The position numbers and the translations under genes are program-made. Below are positions 20,820 to 31,769 of a stretch of 64,000 bases of DNA, piece by piece. Origin of the DNA: Nostoc sp. DedSLP01 (GTDB lineage: Bacteria > Cyanobacteriota > Cyanobacteriia > Cyanobacteriales > Nostocaceae); contig JAVRCJ020000008.1 of NCBI GenBank assembly GCA_034530875.2, forward strand, positions 1 to 64,000, read 5' to 3'. The notes beneath the pieces were generated by a model that ran no database searches, had not been told where the DNA came from, and saw only the letters and a program-made list of their open reading frames with translations. Numbering within the stretch: position 1 is the stretch's first letter; the number at the start of each line of letters is the position of its first letter.

Positions 20820-22016
20820 TCAATGAACCCAAAGATACGCTAAAAGTAGAGTACACAATGTTACTGGTACTCCAAATTTGAGATGTTCCCAAAAAGTTAG
20901 CTTGTAGCCTAAATCAGCAGCAGCTTCTACGACTATCAAGTTGGCGACTGAACCAAACAAAGTCAAATTACCAGCTAAGGTTGAGCCTGCTGCTAGTAAT
21001 AGCCAATACCTGGTATCACCCTGAGGAATTAGGGGATGCAGTAGGAGTACAGCAGGTACGTTAGAAATTAAGTTAGATAAAAGAACAGTTACACCCAAAA
21101 AACTTGCGGCAGAGTTAACAGCATGGGTAAAGGACTGGAGTAAATTTAATTTCTGGGTAACTCGCGTCAGGATAAACAACCCAGAAAACATTACCAACAA
21201 ATTCCAATCCACTTTTTGTAAAATCCGCTGGGGTTTAACTCGGCGAGTGATTAACAACAAGCTAGCAGCGACTAAAGCTGACTCAGCTAAGGGTAAGCCG
21301 GCGGTAAATGCAATCAGCAGCCCAGCTGTAATCACTAATGTTTTATTAAATAAAGGTTTAAAAATACGTTGGTTGATGGTGGGTAATACTTGGCAAGGTT
21401 TGATTGAGCGTACATCTGGGTAAAGTAGCCACAGTAATCCTAGCTCAACTATTAAGCCTGCCAAGGCAACTGGGGCTAATGCACGCAGAAAATCTAGGTA
21501 GGGAATGCCTGAAAAGGAGCCAATCAGGATGTTTTGAGGATTACCACTCACGGTTGCTACCGAGCCTATATTAGTTGCACCTGCGATCGCCAGTAAATAA
21601 GGTATCGGATTTAAACCCAAACTTTGAGTCAGACTCAAGGTTAAAGGTGTAAAAATTAGCGCTATGGTATCGTTGAGAAAAACAGCTGAAAGGATACCGC
21701 TACCAAAAGTTAAAGCAATTAACAAACCGAAAGGACTACGAGTAACACTCAGTATTACAGATAGCGATCGCCGAAAAAATCCTGCATAAGATAAGTTGGC
21801 ATTAACTACCATCATGCTCAACAAAAACACGATGGTATTAGCATCAATGGCCTGCCATGCTTCCTGTAAATTCAGCACACCTAAAGCAATTAAAAAAGCA
21901 GAACCGACTAAAGCGATAGTGGCGCGGTTCATACGTAAACCCGGAATGTAGCCTAATGCTAACCCCAGGTAAGTTAGCCCTAAGACGCTATAGGTTGTAA
22001 ATTGCAGAAAAATCAC
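20820..22016 (-). CDS. ArsB/NhaD/CitM-family anion transporter
   Basis: Polytopic; GNPQN, SNLISNVPA and GNLTLFGSVAN motifs. Confidence 0.9.
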   Translation of the reverse strand: MIFLQFTTYSVLGLTYLGLALGYIPGLRMNRATIALVGSAFLIALGVLNLQEAWQAIDANTIVFLLSMMVVNANLSYAGFFRRSLSVILSVTRSPFGLLIALTFGSGILSAVFLNDTIALIFTPLTLSLTQSLGLNPIPYLLAIAGATNIGSVATVSGNPQNILIGSFSGIPYLDFLRALAPVALAGLIVELGLLWLLYPDVRSIKPCQVLPTINQRIFKPLFNKTLVITAGLLIAFTAGLPLAESALVAASLLLITRRVKPQRILQKVDWNLLVMFSGLFILTRVTQKLNLLQSFTHAVNSAASFLGVTVLLSNLISNVPAVLLLHPLIPQGDTRYWLLLAAGSTLAGNLTLFGSVANLIVVEAAADLGYKLTFWEHLKFGVPVTLCTLLLAYLWVH

Positions 22017-22510
22017 TAATATTAGCCCGATTATTCTAGTTAGGCAGACTTTGTTCGGGTAGCCTCTTACTCAAAGCTCAAGAAGATTTTTTTCTTCACT
22101 TCTACTGCATTCAGCCAGCAGTTAACAAAATATAAAGGGGTAAGAACGCACAAATACCGAGGCTCAACACTGCCGACCAGGGTATTACTGTTATTTTTAC
22201 TGACAAAAAATACTTCCAAAAAGGTGTTATTTTAAGTTTTGTAAATGTTACACTAAAACCTACCCAACGGTGGATGTCTTTATTAAAATTTAAACTGTGT
22301 CAAGCTACGAACAAGATTACATTACTACACTACCGATTCCGCGAAAATTGCGGTTAACTTGACGTAGTAATAAATTAGCTTCTGACTGAAGTGGCTAATC
22401 AGGTATTACATTATATCGGAGTCAGGACACGAATATTCCGGAAAGTTCGTTGCCACCTTGTATACATTCACCAGTAAGGTGAACAGCCTCAATAGCACAG
22501 AGGATTAACC

Positions 22511-22888
22511 ATGAAGGTATTCGATAATACCACAAAAAAGATTTTTTTGGCAAGCTGGGTCTCAATCGATCGACCAGAGATTAGCGAACATCGGCCAACC
22601 CAGCTAAACCGTTCTGCTTCGCAGCGCTACTGGAATATTCTCCAACCTTTAAAGCAGAAAGTAGACAGCATTCAAGTCCGCGATCGCCAATTAGCTCATC
22701 GCTTGTGCAAACTGATTCCATCGCAGTGTCCATTTGAGCGAGATGTCAAATTATTCGGGAAAACCCTGTTTCACATTCCGCCCATGTGCAAGCTCAACCC
22801 CTTATATGAAGAAGTAGTTAGTTTACGTTTTCGAGCGTTGTGCTATCTAGCCGATGAATGTGGCGAAGATGTATCGCAGTACTGTTAA
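22511..22888 (+). CDS. Mo-dependent nitrogenase C-terminal domain family protein
   Basis: LIPSQCPFERD...HIPPMCKLNPLYEE...LRFRALCYL signature. Confidence 0.88.
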   Translation: MKVFDNTTKKIFLASWVSIDRPEISEHRPTQLNRSASQRYWNILQPLKQKVDSIQVRDRQLAHRLCKLIPSQCPFERDVKLFGKTLFHIPPMCKLNPLYEEVVSLRFRALCYLADECGEDVSQYC

Positions 22889-22984
22889 CAAAGTTAGGAA
22901 TGAGGAATTAGTAGTTAGGAATTAGTTAGGAGCCAAGAGTTAAAAAACTCATAACTCCTCACCTTTAACTCCTAACTATTTTTT

Positions 22985-24850
22985 TTACTTATTTTTTTTC
23001 CATTTTTGGATGGCATCCTGAGCATCTTCGTAAGAAGCTGTCTCTTCTGGTACTAAAGTAGCAGTTGCAATTGCGGTATTGAATTCTCCTTGGGCGGCGC
23101 GACTCTTGGCTAAATCCAAGATTTTTTCACTCCAATTATTAATAGATTTTTGGGCGCTATCGAAGCCTGGTTGACCTGGTGGTACTTTTTTCGCAACTTC
23201 GATCGCCCGATTATATGTAGATGCTTGTCCCGGCTTAATTAAGGCATTTGCTGCATCTAAAAGAGTTTTGTTGCTCATATACTGCTTGCCTTCAAGCCGC
23301 CATAAATTAATTGCCGCTTGTGCTTTGGCATAAAGCGGCTCGTCTTTAGTAATTAATCGAGCCGCAGCAATAGCATTAGCATACTGTCTTTGCTTCGCAC
23401 GACCCTCTGCTAAATCTAAAATCATCCGGCTCCAAATCTTAATATTTTCCTGAGCTTGCTCGTAGAGTGGTTCGCCGGGTTTAATTCTCCTAGCTGTAGC
23501 GATTGCTAAACTCAAATCGCTAGCTTGAGTCTCTTGCAGCGACATTTTCGCCAAGTCTAATACTGCTTGATTGCGCTTTTGCGACTCAGAATTTGAAGCT
23601 GTTTGAGCGCTAATTTGATTTTTTGGTCTAACTGGTGCATTAGTTCTAATTATCGAGCCGTCATTTGGGAAATTCTCGATCGCCGTGGGACTTGTAACAG
23701 TAGCATTGGGCGATGTACTTGATATTTGCTTAATTCTAAAAGTTTCTTGATTGCGTAGAAAAACGACTGCGATTAAACCTGCTATTAGCAAGCTACCTCC
23801 ACTCCACAAGATAAACTGTTGCCACAAAGGAGTGTTTGTCTGATTTCGAGGCGATCGCGAGACATAAGCTTTAGAGGAATCGGGAATAAATCTTCCCTTT
23901 GTGTTTCCTATAGAAGTTTCTGGCTGCGGCTGGGAAACTAAACCCGCAGCCGACTCGTGAATTCCTTGGCGATTAGGTTTGTGGACTTTGGAGTTAATAG
24001 TCGTTTCTCGCCATTTACTCTGTTTTATTGAGTAATCATCAAGGGGAGGAGCTGAAAGGGCAACAGCAAAGGATTCCTCTGGATAAATCAGCGCTTCTGA
24101 GCTAAAATCGATGCCTATCGCCAACTTTGGCAAAATTACTTGCGGTCTAGAGGGAATAATAATGGCAGGATTTTGAATTGGACGCCAGTGCTGCTGGCAT
24201 AATTTCGGTATAAAAACGCTTAGATAGGTTTCTAAATCTGCCAAGTTGTTGCCATTACCAGAACGTAAAGCTTCTAACAAAGCTGCCGTAAAGAATCCAT
24301 GACCTAATTCGCTGCTTTCGTGAGAAAACTGTTCTGGTTGACAAGAAAAAATTGTCGCGAGTTGTAGTTCTTGGGCTACTTCTATGGTTTCTTCGCCAAC
24401 GGGTGCATCTGCTTGAGTGCCAAAAGCACGGTTAATGTCAAGCATTAACAAGACATTTAACTCAGCCAGTTGCAGACTTTGCATCAGCGATCGCAATTCT
24501 ATGCCTGTCTCTGGCACGAGTTCCGGGTTGCCTTCCGCTGGCATTAAGTAATCTTTGCCTTTGTAGTTGACCCCATAACCGCTAAAAAATAACCATAGAT
24601 AGTCTTGGGGTTGCCAATATGTTGCTGCTAAATCTTCAAAGACTTGCAGAATATTTTCTCTAGTCGGATAGGTGGGTCTGTCTCCGATTGGTGCTGAAGT
24701 ATCCGTCATTAGCAGGCAGTGTTCGGGGACAAAACCTGCTTCTGCCACCAAAATATCCTTGATTGCCTCAGCATCGGCTTGGGCACAAGTTAAAGGTTGA
24801 AACAACTGATATTGATTGATGCCAATAGCGATCGCCCAGTAATTTGCCAT
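22985..24850 (-). CDS. Membrane-anchored caspase-like (p20) protein with a substituted catalytic dyad
   Basis: WAIAIGINQY caspase N-terminus; FSGYG and LDINR in place of HG and DxC; one TM segment followed by helical repeats. Confidence 0.87.
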   Translation of the reverse strand: MANYWAIAIGINQYQLFQPLTCAQADAEAIKDILVAEAGFVPEHCLLMTDTSAPIGDRPTYPTRENILQVFEDLAATYWQPQDYLWLFFSGYGVNYKGKDYLMPAEGNPELVPETGIELRSLMQSLQLAELNVLLMLDINRAFGTQADAPVGEETIEVAQELQLATIFSCQPEQFSHESSELGHGFFTAALLEALRSGNGNNLADLETYLSVFIPKLCQQHWRPIQNPAIIIPSRPQVILPKLAIGIDFSSEALIYPEESFAVALSAPPLDDYSIKQSKWRETTINSKVHKPNRQGIHESAAGLVSQPQPETSIGNTKGRFIPDSSKAYVSRSPRNQTNTPLWQQFILWSGGSLLIAGLIAVVFLRNQETFRIKQISSTSPNATVTSPTAIENFPNDGSIIRTNAPVRPKNQISAQTASNSESQKRNQAVLDLAKMSLQETQASDLSLAIATARRIKPGEPLYEQAQENIKIWSRMILDLAEGRAKQRQYANAIAAARLITKDEPLYAKAQAAINLWRLEGKQYMSNKTLLDAANALIKPGQASTYNRAIEVAKKVPPGQPGFDSAQKSINNWSEKILDLAKSRAAQGEFNTAIATATLVPEETASYEDAQDAIQKWKKNK

Positions 24851-25049
24851 CGCGCTCTTGTCGATTATTGTTTGCTGGTCTGAAAATTGTGGTTGGCTTT
24901 GTCAAAAAAACAAAGCTAACCTGATGTTTCTAGTCTAGGTGATTCTTAGAGAATCTTAGGATAAAATGTAATTTTTATTACGTTAAGCGACCGGAAAATA
25001 CTTTCACTTAATTTCAATTTACATATCGTTACTAAGGAGCTATAAGGTT

Positions 25050-25514
25050 ATGAGCCAGATTTCTGCTCGCATCCCCTCATCGATCGCACCCTTTTCAGTT
25101 ATTAGCCAAATTGCTAAAAGAATCCGGATAGTTTCTTTAGGAATTTTGCTCGTATCTAGTGTTCCTACATGGTTTTTGACAGAAACGATCGCCCCTCAAG
25201 TTGTGCGAGCTTACACCGCCAGAGTTGACCTAGCGATCGACCGCTTGCCAGAAGAAAACTACGAAACCATTCTGCGACGAGCAGAAGCAGTCGCAAGAGC
25301 AGCTGCTCAGCGGAGCTTCGACCAAGACATTTTAGTAACAGATGTTTCAATTATTGTATCCGTACAAAGTTATGGAGCGATCGCACCAGTTCTGACATTA
25401 GAAGTCAGTCGTCCAGAATGGCGCAACCGTCCTGATGCTCAAAATTGGGCCACCTACTTCAAAACTGCGCGATCGCTATTGTTCTTTGAAAATAACGCCA
25501 GCACTAAGAAATGA
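25050..25514 (+). CDS. Hypothetical protein with an N-terminal hydrophobic segment
   Basis: 154-aa ORF with AAGGAG RBS and HIP1 sites. Confidence 0.8.
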   Translation: MSQISARIPSSIAPFSVISQIAKRIRIVSLGILLVSSVPTWFLTETIAPQVVRAYTARVDLAIDRLPEENYETILRRAEAVARAAAQRSFDQDILVTDVSIIVSVQSYGAIAPVLTLEVSRPEWRNRPDAQNWATYFKTARSLLFFENNASTKK

Positions 25515-25715
25515 AGGTGATGGTGAGATGGGGAAGTGTAGGGAGTGTGGGGGGGAAAGATTTCTTCCCCATCCTCCCACACCTCCCACACCTCTCAATG
25601 CCCAATGCCCCATACCCCAACCTAAACTTAGTCAATTCTTGGCTAAATTGACATCGTTGGTGTCAGTGAATGGCCTAAAATAAAAAGGTTGTCAAAAATC
25701 ACAATATCTGCTGAC

Positions 25716-25889
25716 ATGGCTGTTCCTAAGAAGAAAACTTCCAAATCAAAACGAGATAAACGCCGAGCTACCTGGAGGCACAAAGCCGCCATCGAAGCTC
25801 AAAAAGCTCTGTCTCTGGGCAAGTCTATTTTGACTGGACGTTCTACATTTGTTTATCCAACTGCTGAAGAAGAGGAAGAAGAATCATAA
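25716..25889 (+). CDS. rpmF: 50S ribosomal protein L32
   Basis: [18 protein letters not shown]-terminus. Confidence 0.97.
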   Translation: MAVPKKKTSKSKRDKRRATWRHKAAIEAQKALSLGKSILTGRSTFVYPTAEEEEEES

Positions 25890-26261
25890 TTTTCCAGTCA
25901 GGAAAGGCACGAACAGCACCGACAGATTTGATTGGCAAAAGTCACCGTTCAAACTTCTTACTAATGGATGAATGCTTTTTTCAGCTTTCCTGATTGGATA
26001 ATAAATTATAGATACTCTACACAAGCTCATTAGCTGCAAAAAATTGGTAGTGAGTAATTGGGAATATCCATTACCCATTACCTATTATTTATGGCTTTCT
26101 AATTTGGACATTATCTGCTAAAGACCGTCATTAGTAATTTGCAAATGACAACCAGATAAAATAATTATCCTCATCATATTCAAGAGTAAAGTATCTGGCG
26201 CTGTTGGCAACTCAGCATAAAAGCTTGTAAATTTCTTGAGAAAACTTATTTTTCTGCGACT

Positions 26262-26861
26262 ATGTTGGGAAAATTTTTTCAGAAGCCAGGAAAAGAAGAC
26301 AACGAACGCGTTCCTCCAGGTCAACATTTAGCCAAAGGTTTCCCTGTATTAACTTACGGTGCAACTCCCGAAGTTAGTACTGAAAAATGGGAGTTTAGGG
26401 TTTGGGGTTTAACAAAACCTGCTACCTTTGGTTGGTCAGACTTTATGGCGCTACCTCAACATGAGTTTACAGCAGACTTTCACTGTGTAACGCGCTGGTC
26501 TAAGCTCGATGTTAAATGGACGGGGATTAAAGTTACAGATTTCATGAGTCTGATTGAGTTAGACCCCAAAGTAGCCCACATTATGGAACACTGCTATGGT
26601 GGCTACACTACTAATATTTCTATTGAAGATTTTTTGCGGGAAGAAAACTTTTTTGCCTTTAAACTTTTTGGCGAAGATCTGCCAGCCGAACATGGCGGCC
26701 CAATGCGGTTAGTTGTTCCTCATCTCTACGCTTGGAAAAGTGCTAAATGGATTAATGGTTTAGAGTTTTTAGCTAGTGAAGAACTTGGTTTTTGGGAACG
26801 CAATGGCTACCACCGTCGTGGCGAACCTTGGGCTGAGGAACGCTATAGCAATGCGTTTTGA
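26262..26861 (+). CDS. Sulfite oxidase-like molybdopterin oxidoreductase
   Basis: DFHCVTRWS, EHGGPMRLVVPHLYAWKSAKW, GFWERNGYH. Confidence 0.93.
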   Translation: MLGKFFQKPGKEDNERVPPGQHLAKGFPVLTYGATPEVSTEKWEFRVWGLTKPATFGWSDFMALPQHEFTADFHCVTRWSKLDVKWTGIKVTDFMSLIELDPKVAHIMEHCYGGYTTNISIEDFLREENFFAFKLFGEDLPAEHGGPMRLVVPHLYAWKSAKWINGLEFLASEELGFWERNGYHRRGEPWAEERYSNAF

Positions 26862-27090
26862 TTTTAATAGTTAAGAGTTAGAAGTTAGGAGTTAGGAGTT
26901 AAAAATTGATAACTCACGTTTAATGTAAATTAAGTATTAGAATTTTGAGGATTTTGTTGATTTTGGTAAATCCATCATTTTGAGTAAATCTGGAATTATT
27001 AATTAGCCAAGAAGTATTTTTAGTTCGCATTCGGCGTAACTCATAACCCTAATTCTTAACTCTTAACTCTTAACTCCTCACTCATAACTC

Positions 27091-28473
27091 TTAACCTAAA
27101 AGTTTCTTAATTAGTGGCAATTTACTCTGGTAGGGAGCATAGCGCCATTTTAAATCGATCCAGAAGGAGTTTTGTAATACGCTTTTGTAATGAGAAAAGG
27201 TATCAAAACTAGCTTTGCCGTGATAATTGCCAATGCCGCTATCACCTACTCCACCAAATGGTAGAGATGATACTCCAACGTGCATGATTGTATCGTTGAT
27301 ACAAACTCCACCTGATGAAGTTTCCTGCAAGACTCGCTTTTGCAGGTTTTTATTTTGAGAAAATAAGTATAAAGCTAGGGGTTTTGGTTTAGAGTTAATT
27401 AAGGCGATCGCTTCTGTAATATCGCTGTATTCGATGATGGGCAGGATGGGGCCAAAAATTTCTTCCTGCATTACAGAATCTTCTAAGGAGACATTATCGA
27501 TTATTGTTGGGGCAATATAACGCTCTGAAGCTTTAGTTTCTCCGCCAATAGTAACTTCGCCATCTTCCAGGAATTTTACTAATCTATCAAAGTGTTTTTG
27601 GCTAATAATTCTGGCAAAATCAGGGCTATCTGCTGGATTATCGCCATAAAATTCTTTGATGCATTTTTTAATTTCATCTATTAAATCTTTTTTGATTTTT
27701 TTATCGACTACAAGATAGTCAGGGGCGATACAAGTTTGTCCACCATTAATGAATTTGCCCCAAGTAATTCGTCTAGCTGTGTGTTCTAAGTTAATTTCAG
27801 TATCGACTATACAAGGACTTTTACCACCTAATTCTAATGTAACGGGTGTGAGATGTTTTGCCGCTGCTGCCATGATAATTTTGCCAATGGCTGTGCCACC
27901 AGTAAAAAATATATGGTCAAATTTTTCTGCTAGTAGCTTTTGACTTGCTTCTACGCCTCCTTCAACTACTGCAATATAATTTGGCTGGAAATATTTGGTA
28001 AAGATTTTGGCAACAATAGTGGAAGTATGAGAAGCAATTTCTGATGGTTTAATAATTGCACAATTTCCGGCAGCGATCGCACCTATTAACGGTGAGATAA
28101 TTAAGTTAAATGGATAGTTCCAAGGGCCGATAATTAAGACAACTCCCAGCGGTTCTGGATAAATGCGGGCTGAATAGGAAAAAAAATCTAAGGAAACTGG
28201 TGCTTTCTTAGGTGTAGTCCAGGCTTTTATATGTTTTATAGCGTAATCAATATCTTTAATTACGCTAATCTCTGTTAAGTAAGTCTCTACTACTGGTTTA
28301 TGTAAATCTGCTTCTAATGCTTGAATTATTTCTTCAGTATTTTCAAGAATTGCTTGCTTGAGTGTTTGAAGTTGCTCAATGCGAAAATTTACATCTTTAG
28401 TTTTGCCACTTTGGAAAAATACACGCTGATTCTGGATAATATCGCCAATTTTAGATAATTCAGTGGTAATCAT
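27091..28473 (-). CDS. NAD(P)-dependent aldehyde dehydrogenase
   Basis: PWNYP, FTGG, LELGGKSP, GQTCIAPDY, EEIFGP. Confidence 0.96.
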   Translation of the reverse strand: MITTELSKIGDIIQNQRVFFQSGKTKDVNFRIEQLQTLKQAILENTEEIIQALEADLHKPVVETYLTEISVIKDIDYAIKHIKAWTTPKKAPVSLDFFSYSARIYPEPLGVVLIIGPWNYPFNLIISPLIGAIAAGNCAIIKPSEIASHTSTIVAKIFTKYFQPNYIAVVEGGVEASQKLLAEKFDHIFFTGGTAIGKIIMAAAAKHLTPVTLELGGKSPCIVDTEINLEHTARRITWGKFINGGQTCIAPDYLVVDKKIKKDLIDEIKKCIKEFYGDNPADSPDFARIISQKHFDRLVKFLEDGEVTIGGETKASERYIAPTIIDNVSLEDSVMQEEIFGPILPIIEYSDITEAIALINSKPKPLALYLFSQNKNLQKRVLQETSSGGVCINDTIMHVGVSSLPFGGVGDSGIGNYHGKASFDTFSHYKSVLQNSFWIDLKWRYAPYQSKLPLIKKLLG

Positions 28474-28612
28474 TGTTTCGTACTATAAACAACTACTTGT
28501 TTCATATTAGCGCTGCATAACCATAATTTGCAGTCAAAGTTCACAGCTATTCAGCTAACAATTTTATATTCGGGAAAACATTAACTATTTATATTCATAT
28601 ATACTAAATTTA

Positions 28613-29758
28613 TTATGTCTTTTTGGGTAAAAGTACAATAAATGTACTACCTTTACCTAGTTCTGAATTCAGTAAAATAACGCCTTGATGGGCTTCAATG
28701 ATTCGCCGAGCAAGATAGAGTCCTAAACCACTACCAGAACTCTTGTGACTTCCTTGGCGAAATCTTTCAAATATAGTGCTTTGTTCTTCAGGGCGAATAC
28801 CCGAGCCGGTATCGGCAATCTCAATGCTAATGTAGTCAGCAAAATTAGATTTTTCAGGGAATTGGTTTTGGTTATTGTTGCCAAAGTGAGTTTGAGAAGT
28901 AAGACGAATAGTAACAGAACCAGAGTCGGTAAATTTGATTGCATTGCCTATGAGATTAGTAAATAGACGATGTAATTCTAAGCGATCGCCCATGACTGTG
29001 TTTGTCTTTAATTCCTCAGCCAATTCTAAATTTAACAACAGTTTTTTCTCTTGGGCTAGGGGCGCTAATTCTCCGACTACTTCCTCTAGTAACTGTGCTA
29101 AATTAGTCGGCTGCAATGCCAAAGTTTTGCGACCTGCTTCAAAGCGATAAACTTCCAATAAGGTATTGACCATAGAAAGCAGGTTGATATTACTCCGCGC
29201 CATAATAGCGATTACTTCCTGCATTTGCGGCGATAATTCTCCTAAAGCGCCTTGTTGGAACAGCATTAACATTCGATCTGCGGCTACTAAGGGAGTGCGT
29301 AAGTCATGGGTGAGACGGGAGACAAAATCTTCTCGCTGTCGCGCTATTTCATCGCGTTCATCCATACTGCGCTTCAAACGCAAAAGCGATCGCACTCTTG
29401 CGAGTAATTCATCCACTGTTACAGGTTTGCGGATAAAATCATCAGCACCCAAGTCTAATCCGTGGGCAACGTTAGGCGCATCGTGGGCAGTAATTAACAA
29501 GATGGGAATATATTGCGATAACTTCATATCCCCACGAATGTGCTTAGTAACTTCGTATCCATCCATACCTGGCATCATTAAATCCAGAAGAACTAAGTCA
29601 CAAGGAGATGCTTGCAACTGCGCCAATGCGGAAATACCATTTTCTGCGGTGCTAACGGTATAACCTTCCTCCTCCAAAATAGTTTTGATTAAAAACACAT
29701 TATCAGGAGAGTCATCAACAACCAGAATTTTGTCAGAGCGAGAAGATTTTGAAGTCAT
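28613..29758 (-). CDS. Hybrid response regulator / histidine kinase
   Basis: N-terminal REC domain (LVVDD, LDLMMP), THDLRTPL H-box, N, G1 and G2 boxes. Confidence 0.95.
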   Translation of the reverse strand: MTSKSSRSDKILVVDDSPDNVFLIKTILEEEGYTVSTAENGISALAQLQASPCDLVLLDLMMPGMDGYEVTKHIRGDMKLSQYIPILLITAHDAPNVAHGLDLGADDFIRKPVTVDELLARVRSLLRLKRSMDERDEIARQREDFVSRLTHDLRTPLVAADRMLMLFQQGALGELSPQMQEVIAIMARSNINLLSMVNTLLEVYRFEAGRKTLALQPTNLAQLLEEVVGELAPLAQEKKLLLNLELAEELKTNTVMGDRLELHRLFTNLIGNAIKFTDSGSVTIRLTSQTHFGNNNQNQFPEKSNFADYISIEIADTGSGIRPEEQSTIFERFRQGSHKSSGSGLGLYLARRIIEAHQGVILLNSELGKGSTFIVLLPKKT

Positions 29759-30456
29759 GTCACGGCTAGCTATAAGGTAAATGCAAATTTTTGTAACTTC
29801 GGCGTACTTATATCAATTTATCTGGCATTTTTTTACTTGACCTCCTATTTCAGATATATTCTTTACTCGCAACTTGCTATTTAGGGGCTTTAGAATTTGC
29901 TGTTAAGTTATTAAACTTGCCTGGATTTGGCGAAAAATAGTTCAATAATAAAATTATGGCTGGTAAATTTTAAATCTAAATACAGTAGATAATGCTTACT
30001 AAATTAGTAATATTTAATATAGTCATTACCAGAGAAAACTGAAAATATAATTGTGTAGGCGATCGCCACACTACACAATTTGAAATAATCCAATATTAAT
30101 TTATGTTAAATTCACCGAATAGACTGCTTTAAATCTATCAGCTATTTTCCTACCGAACAAGAATTGAATGCAAAATAACACAGTAAGTTTGTTTAGGGTT
30201 TTGCTTAGCAAAAATTAAAAATATATATATTGAAAAATACAGAAAGTTAATATAGAACGTGATAGTAAGAGCCGGGAAAAGTTTCCCCTTTTTCATACAG
30301 TCTCCCTGGGGAAGTTAGTTATTCGGTGCGAGGTAATTTCAGAGAGTTCCGGCGATTAGGGAGAAGGTATTTGGCGAAAGTTATTGAAAAAAGCTTGATT
30401 CTCAATTCCAGAGAATTGAGAAGCTTTGTTGTCAATGATTTATAAACAATACAGCC

Positions 30457-31539
30457 ATGACCACAACTTTAAGAGGAAGTGAAAGCGGCAAACTGTGGGA
30501 TCGTTTTTGTCAATGGGTTACTAGCACTGACAATCGGCTTTATATCGGCTGGTTCGGCGTTTTAATGATTCCTACCCTCTTGACCGCTACTATCTGCTTC
30601 ATTATCGCCTTTATTGCTGCGCCTCCCGTCGATATTGACGGCATTCGGGAGCCGGTTTCTGGTTCTCTGTTATACGGCAACAACATCATCACTGGTGCTG
30701 TTGTACCCACATCCAACGCCATTGGTTTGCACTTCTACCCAATTTGGGAAGCTGCTTCAATGGATGAATGGCTCTACAACGGCGGCCCTTATCAACTCAT
30801 TATTTTGCACTTTTTGATTGGTATCTTTTGCTGGCTGGGTCGGCAATGGGAATTAAGCTACCGTCTGGGGATGCGCCCTTGGATTTGTGTGGCTTACTCG
30901 GCTCCTGTAGCTGCTGCGACTTCAGTTTTCTTAATTTATCCAATTGGTCAAGGTAGCTTTTCTGATGGGATGCCTCTGGGTATTAGCGGTACTTTTAATT
31001 TCATGCTGGTATTCCAAGCCGAGCATAACATCCTCATGCACCCATTCCACGAACTAGGTGTCGCTGCCGTGTTCGGTGGTAGCTTGTTCAGCGCCATGCA
31101 TGGTTCTTTAGTAAGTTCCTCTTTAGTTAGAGAGACAACTGAAGCCGAATCGATAAACTACGGTTACAAGTTTGGCCAAGAACAAGAAACCTATAGCATT
31201 GTGGCGGCTCACGGTTACTTTGGGCGTTTGATTTGGCAATATGCCAGCTTTAACAATTCGCGTTCCTTGCATTTCTTCTTAGCTGCTTGGCCTGTAGTTG
31301 GTATCTGGCTTACAGCACTGGGTATCAGCACAATGGCATTCAACTTGAATGGGTTCAACTTCAACCAATCGATTATTGACTCCCAAGGTCGTGTAATCAA
31401 TACATGGGCAGATGTGTTAAACCGCGCCAATCTCGGTATTGAAGTCATGCACGAGCGCAATGCTCACAACTTCCCGCTGGATTTGGCTATGGGTGAACCT
31501 ATGCCTGTGACTGTGCAAAGCTCTGTAATCCACAGTTAA
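30457..31539 (+). CDS. psbA: Photosystem II D1 protein, atypical D1INT-type variant
   Basis: Full 360-aa D1 with Y161, D170, E189, H190, H332, E333, D342 and A344 retained; W126, W260, T79, T85, S156, Q130, E199. Confidence 0.97.
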   Translation: MTTTLRGSESGKLWDRFCQWVTSTDNRLYIGWFGVLMIPTLLTATICFIIAFIAAPPVDIDGIREPVSGSLLYGNNIITGAVVPTSNAIGLHFYPIWEAASMDEWLYNGGPYQLIILHFLIGIFCWLGRQWELSYRLGMRPWICVAYSAPVAAATSVFLIYPIGQGSFSDGMPLGISGTFNFMLVFQAEHNILMHPFHELGVAAVFGGSLFSAMHGSLVSSSLVRETTEAESINYGYKFGQEQETYSIVAAHGYFGRLIWQYASFNNSRSLHFFLAAWPVVGIWLTALGISTMAFNLNGFNFNQSIIDSQGRVINTWADVLNRANLGIEVMHERNAHNFPLDLAMGEPMPVTVQSSVIHS

Positions 31540-31561
31540 TACTTAAGTGTTAGCAAAATGA

Positions 31562-31593
31562 AAATCGCTCTCTGGTAACAGAGGGCGTTTTTT
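31562..31593 (+). terminator. Intrinsic terminator after psbA
   Basis: CGCTCTCTG-GTAA-CAGAGGGCG hairpin followed by a T-run. Confidence 0.8.
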
Positions 31594-31769
31594 AGTATTT
31601 ATAGCAATTTGTACGTTGAATAGACTACAGTAGGGGCGCACAGCTAGCTGCACGACCTGACAAAGGATTGCGAGCGATAAATTGTTACTAAAATGTAGAT
31701 TTTAGCTTTAGTCTATATTTTTACCGAGCAATTCAATATAAAATCTAAAACTTAAAATCCCAAATCAAA

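Noticed and set aside
30457..31539. Chlorophyll f synthase, rogue D1 or far-red D1
   Set aside because: All Mn-cluster ligands are present and there is no FaRLiP gene cluster in the window
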